64,000 nucleotides of DNA, taken from positions 15,252,142 to 15,316,141 of the forward strand of contig CAJINV010000001.1 in NCBI GenBank assembly GCA_905178155.1, written 5' to 3'. The DNA comes from Amoebophrya sp. A120 (Eukaryota > Protista > Dinoflagellata). This document shows positions 61,001 to 64,000 of this stretch, in pieces. Position numbers and translations under genes: made by a program. The notes beneath the pieces are model-generated. The model saw only the letters and a program-made list of their open reading frames with translations. It was not told where the DNA came from and made no database searches. Position 1 is the stretch's first letter; each line of letters opens with the position of its first letter.

Positions 61001-61930
61001 GATAAACGACTGAAGAGCATCCTGGAACAACCTGTAGACACGGACGACGAGATTCTAGCCTCAACCTCCCTGGAAGGAGAACAGGAAAACGAGGATTCTT
61101 CCGCCACGCTGGAATCCAGTTCATTAGTCCACGTAAAAAAGACCGCGACCGGGAAGACGACTGCGTCTGCCCGTCCTGTTGGAGCAACAACTAGGCAGCA
61201 GACGATGTCGAAAAGGGAAACACAAGAAATCGATCCCATGATGAGGATTAGCACGGGCAAGTTTCCGCGCCGTGTGGTCTCGAGAAGCCGAAGCTCAACA
61301 GGTTTCACCACCGCTGCAGCGTCCTCGACTGGGGCCTCCCGAGTTCGTTTTTCGGACCAGATTAGTCGAAGCTCGACCATGTCCACAGCCTCGAGGTTTG
61401 ATGGGACAGCGTTAACGGCCAAGACGCGCGCGGCCTTGGCCAGCACCCTCTCCACGACCGGTGTGCGGCGGACCAACTCAACCGCCTCAACCTTCGCGCC
61501 CTCCAGTACCGCAAGCACTACTTTTTTGCAGCGTACTAGCGCCAGCAACAGGAGAAGCCAAAACCTGCCGGGGAGGCATCTACGGTTCAGCAGTATGAAC
61601 AACCCGGGCCGCGCCTCTACTTCCTCCATGGTAAATAACAGACGCTCGTCGGCGCAAAGCGGTGCGGCAACGGGCGGCGCGTTGTCTCGCCCGGGGGCAG
61701 CGAGTGATGAGGTGCTACTGGATGATCCGTCGGAACTCTCTTCTGTGGTGGAAGTGCTGGCCTCCGCCGCAGTGGGAAGGGGGGTCAACGCCGGGGCTTT
61801 GCCCAATTCTGCAGTGGCCGCCACCACAGCAAATTCCGCAACCAATAACTTTCTCGACCAGTCTCCGCTCGAATCTGTGGACGTCAGGAGAAATTTGTGG
61901 CAGACGCCGCAGCGGACAATCTACTACTAA
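58040..61930 (+). CDS. Sel1-repeat protein with coiled-coil and Ser/Thr-rich tail
   Basis: Exons 58040-58514, 58655-58966, 59155-60752, 61010-61930. Sel1 repeats AQLELGLLYLRG…AAQCG, WWEKAAKQGDAEALY and ALHALGEMYRG. The last junction is the introner at 60753-61009 (SSQER/LKSILEQ). Confidence 0.8.
60753..61004. mobile_element. TIR introner (non-canonical intron), family A copy 2
   Basis: TSD AACGA at 60748-60752 and 61005-61009. Left end TATGCAATGCAAAAATGTCTGGGTCTGGAA; right end TTCCAGACCCAGACATTTTTACATTTGATA. Removing 257 nt fuses the 58974 ORF in frame to the 61205 ORF. Confidence 0.92.
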
Positions 61931-62953
61931 AAACATGTACTTTTCTGATCTTGCTCCGTTTCTCTGTAATGCTGATACGCAACCGAAAACGCAAAGTGGG
62001 CTGGCAGCAGAGACAGGATTCGGAAATTTGTTTTCGTCGCAAAAAGACGCATTTCTTTGAGAAATGCTTGTTTTCATAAGCGTTTCTCTGGAGAAAGCAC
62101 TGGCTCCACCTGCATAATCGTACGTGGCTTCTGTTGCTGTAGTGATGGCTTAGTCGTGGCGCAGCAATCATGCAGGCATTGTCCTTGCAGCGGGCTCACG
62201 GGCTCAGGAGTCAGTAGTTGCAGAAGTTGCGCCATCAAGTCGATCTTTTATCAGTTTTTTGACTCGTAGTTGCCAGATCGTTTCATTTGCCTTACCGGAT
62301 CCCCGCTGCTTCCTACTGAGTGGACGTGGAGCTCCCGTGCTGGTGAACAAGATGCTTCTCTAATACAACCGATCCGGAATCATGATTATGATGTTGCAAT
62401 TGACTTCATTTTTTTTCTGATCCTGCGCCTGCCGAATTCGATCGCGTTCGCGTAGCCAGAGCCACACTCACTTTAGTGGCACATATCGAAGTTAGGCAGA
62501 TGGACTTTTTAAAGCTGATCGCGTTTGCGGCGGAGCAAAACAAACATCTTCAGACGTTTTATGGTTACCACTTTTTTCCGTCTTTGCAGCAGGCTCTTGC
62601 ATCTTTCCTTTCCTCAGCTGCAGATGGCCATAGATCTTTCTTTCTGCATTTGCATAGACTTATTCTGCTTGCATTCATCCTTTTTTTTTCGAGAATCAAT
62701 TGTAATAGATATTCCTTTCAAGTTAGAACTTTCACTTTCTATGCAACTACAACATGATAATTCGCACTAGTAGCAAGAAACCATTTGTTTCTTGATATGA
62801 ACTTTTAAGTCAAGATCGCAAGGCAAAAATGAGTTCCGTTATAGCTTTAGTAGTCAAGTATAAGTAGTAGATAGTTTTGTTTACTTCAAAATGCAATACT
62901 GATGTTTTTCGATGAACTTTTAAGTTGGCGAAATTAAAGAAGCCTCGCCCACC

Positions 62954-64000
62954 ATGAAAGCATCTTGTGGAATAGCGGCTCAACATGGTGCGCGCTTCCG
63001 CTTGCCTATTTTTTGGTACTACTGTCTCTCCTTCGCGGCATTTGGATTTCTGGCCAGCGACATGGCGGAGGCGGTCAAGGTACGCTCCTTTCTGTCAGAC
63101 CCCGATACACTCCCACTGCAGGAAGTACGGACGGCGCAAATCAGAACACCGCCTCTAGTTTCAGTGCCAAAGGAATTTGAACTGCTTCCCGATGAGTCGT
63201 GGAATTGGAAGACGGGACTATCGAAGCAAAAGGAGCTGGCGACTCAGCACTGGGTCGCGGGACTTTCGATGCCCGACCACATCGGGATACGCTTTTTACA
63301 GGATGTTGCGCGCGGCCCGGACGGTATCGCCGACTTTCGCACCGCAGCCTGGCACGGCTTTGCAGGTTGTGTCCCCGTTGGGGTGCTTGCAGCGCGGGAG
63401 CGCGCAGAATTCTATGTGGAACTGTGGCAAGCAGTAGCATTCGCAGAGCAGCTTTGGACAGAAGAGCAGTCCCGTCGTCAGACGTTCGTCACACGACAGG
63501 AACAGATGATGCGTATTACCCGTAGCAGACGACCAGGGAGCGGGACCGGTAGGAGAGGTGGATCTCCACCCGGCCTCTACACGACCAGGGGACGCATTTT
63601 CTGCCACCAGTGTGGCAGAGATCGAGATTGTGAGAAGATGAAGCAAATCAAGCAAGTAGGAGCATTGTCTGCGAGCTGCGCCCGGTCACTTCCAAGAACG
63701 ACAAAAAAGGCGAAAAGTTCAATATCTATTCCAGGGATTACATCAAAACGGAACCATGCGACTTCGAAGAAGCCGCTTTCCGCGGAGCGGCTGCACCGGC
63801 TGACCCACCACCGATGGGTGCAATACACTGCCGCGAGCGACCCGGATTCGGTCGACGGTGGATCAGCGCTTCATCTGCTTGAGCCAGGGCAAGCGTTTGT
63901 GGCAGAATTCGACAACGTCACTGCGGAGACTGTTGATCTTGCGAAAAAGTTGCTGGCCTGCCTCTGGGAAAACTACTTTCTCGAACAGGATCCCGGGGCG
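62954..64000 (+). CDS. Hypothetical protein with signal-peptide-like N-terminus (partial, runs off the window)
   Basis: Open frame from CCACC-ATG at 62954 to the window end (349 codons; absent from the ORF track because it has no stop). Begins MKASCGIAAQHGARFRLPIFWYYCLSFAAFGFLASDMAEA. Confidence 0.65.
   Translation, partial: MKASCGIAAQHGARFRLPIFWYYCLSFAAFGFLASDMAEAVKVRSFLSDPDTLPLQEVRTAQIRTPPLVSVPKEFELLPDESWNWKTGLSKQKELATQHWVAGLSMPDHIGIRFLQDVARGPDGIADFRTAAWHGFAGCVPVGVLAARERAEFYVELWQAVAFAEQLWTEEQSRRQTFVTRQEQMMRITRSRRPGSGTGRRGGSPPGLYTTRGRIFCHQCGRDRDCEKMKQIKQVGALSASCARSLPRTTKKAKSSISIPGITSKRNHATSKKPLSAERLHRLTHHRWVQYTAASDPDSVDGGSALHLLEPGQAFVAEFDNVTAETVDLAKKLLACLWENYFLEQDPGA

Noticed and set aside
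60967-61845. 292-aa minus-strand ORF, and similar ones such as 13156-13833, 21525-22247, 27308-27970 and 56317-57012
   Set aside because: Antisense shadows of GC-rich plus-strand coding exons, with no domains.
1-64000. Dinoflagellate spliced-leader relics (CCGTAGCCATTTTGGCTCAAG) upstream of genes
   Set aside because: Only short partial matches were seen (CCATTTTGG near 30701, TTTTGGCTC near 50379), compatible with chance.

Overview
Eukaryotic nuclear DNA from a gene-dense, intron-containing protist. The inferred source is an alveolate, most likely an Amoebophrya-like syndinian dinoflagellate, judged from gene layout and intron type. About 22 protein-coding genes all lie on the + strand. Recognisable products include Nup160-like, a P2X receptor with a C-terminal EF-hand, an RluA-type pseudouridine synthase, a SET-domain protein, TRM2/TrmA tRNA methyltransferase, SDHB, RSPH14-like, a DIX + auxilin-type J-domain protein, an SLC25A39/40-like carrier, DDX52/ROK1 and a Sel1-repeat protein. 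Most introns are canonical GT-AG. Four genes are instead interrupted by non-canonical, transposon-like introns (introners) that share one grammar: a 5-bp target-site duplication with G at position 4, termini TAT-N5-G ... C-N5-ATA, long imperfect terminal inverted repeats, and a shared internal (T/C)TGT(A/C/G)ATGC motif. Removing each element plus one duplication copy restores the reading frame, and no GT-AG register exists. Other highlights: two tandem dual-guide box C/D snoRNAs inside a Nup160 intron, reuse of the TRM2 3' end by two neighbouring orphan genes, and a motif-structured GC-rich element near 33.2-33.8 kb. All exon models were read by eye and need RNA-seq confirmation.
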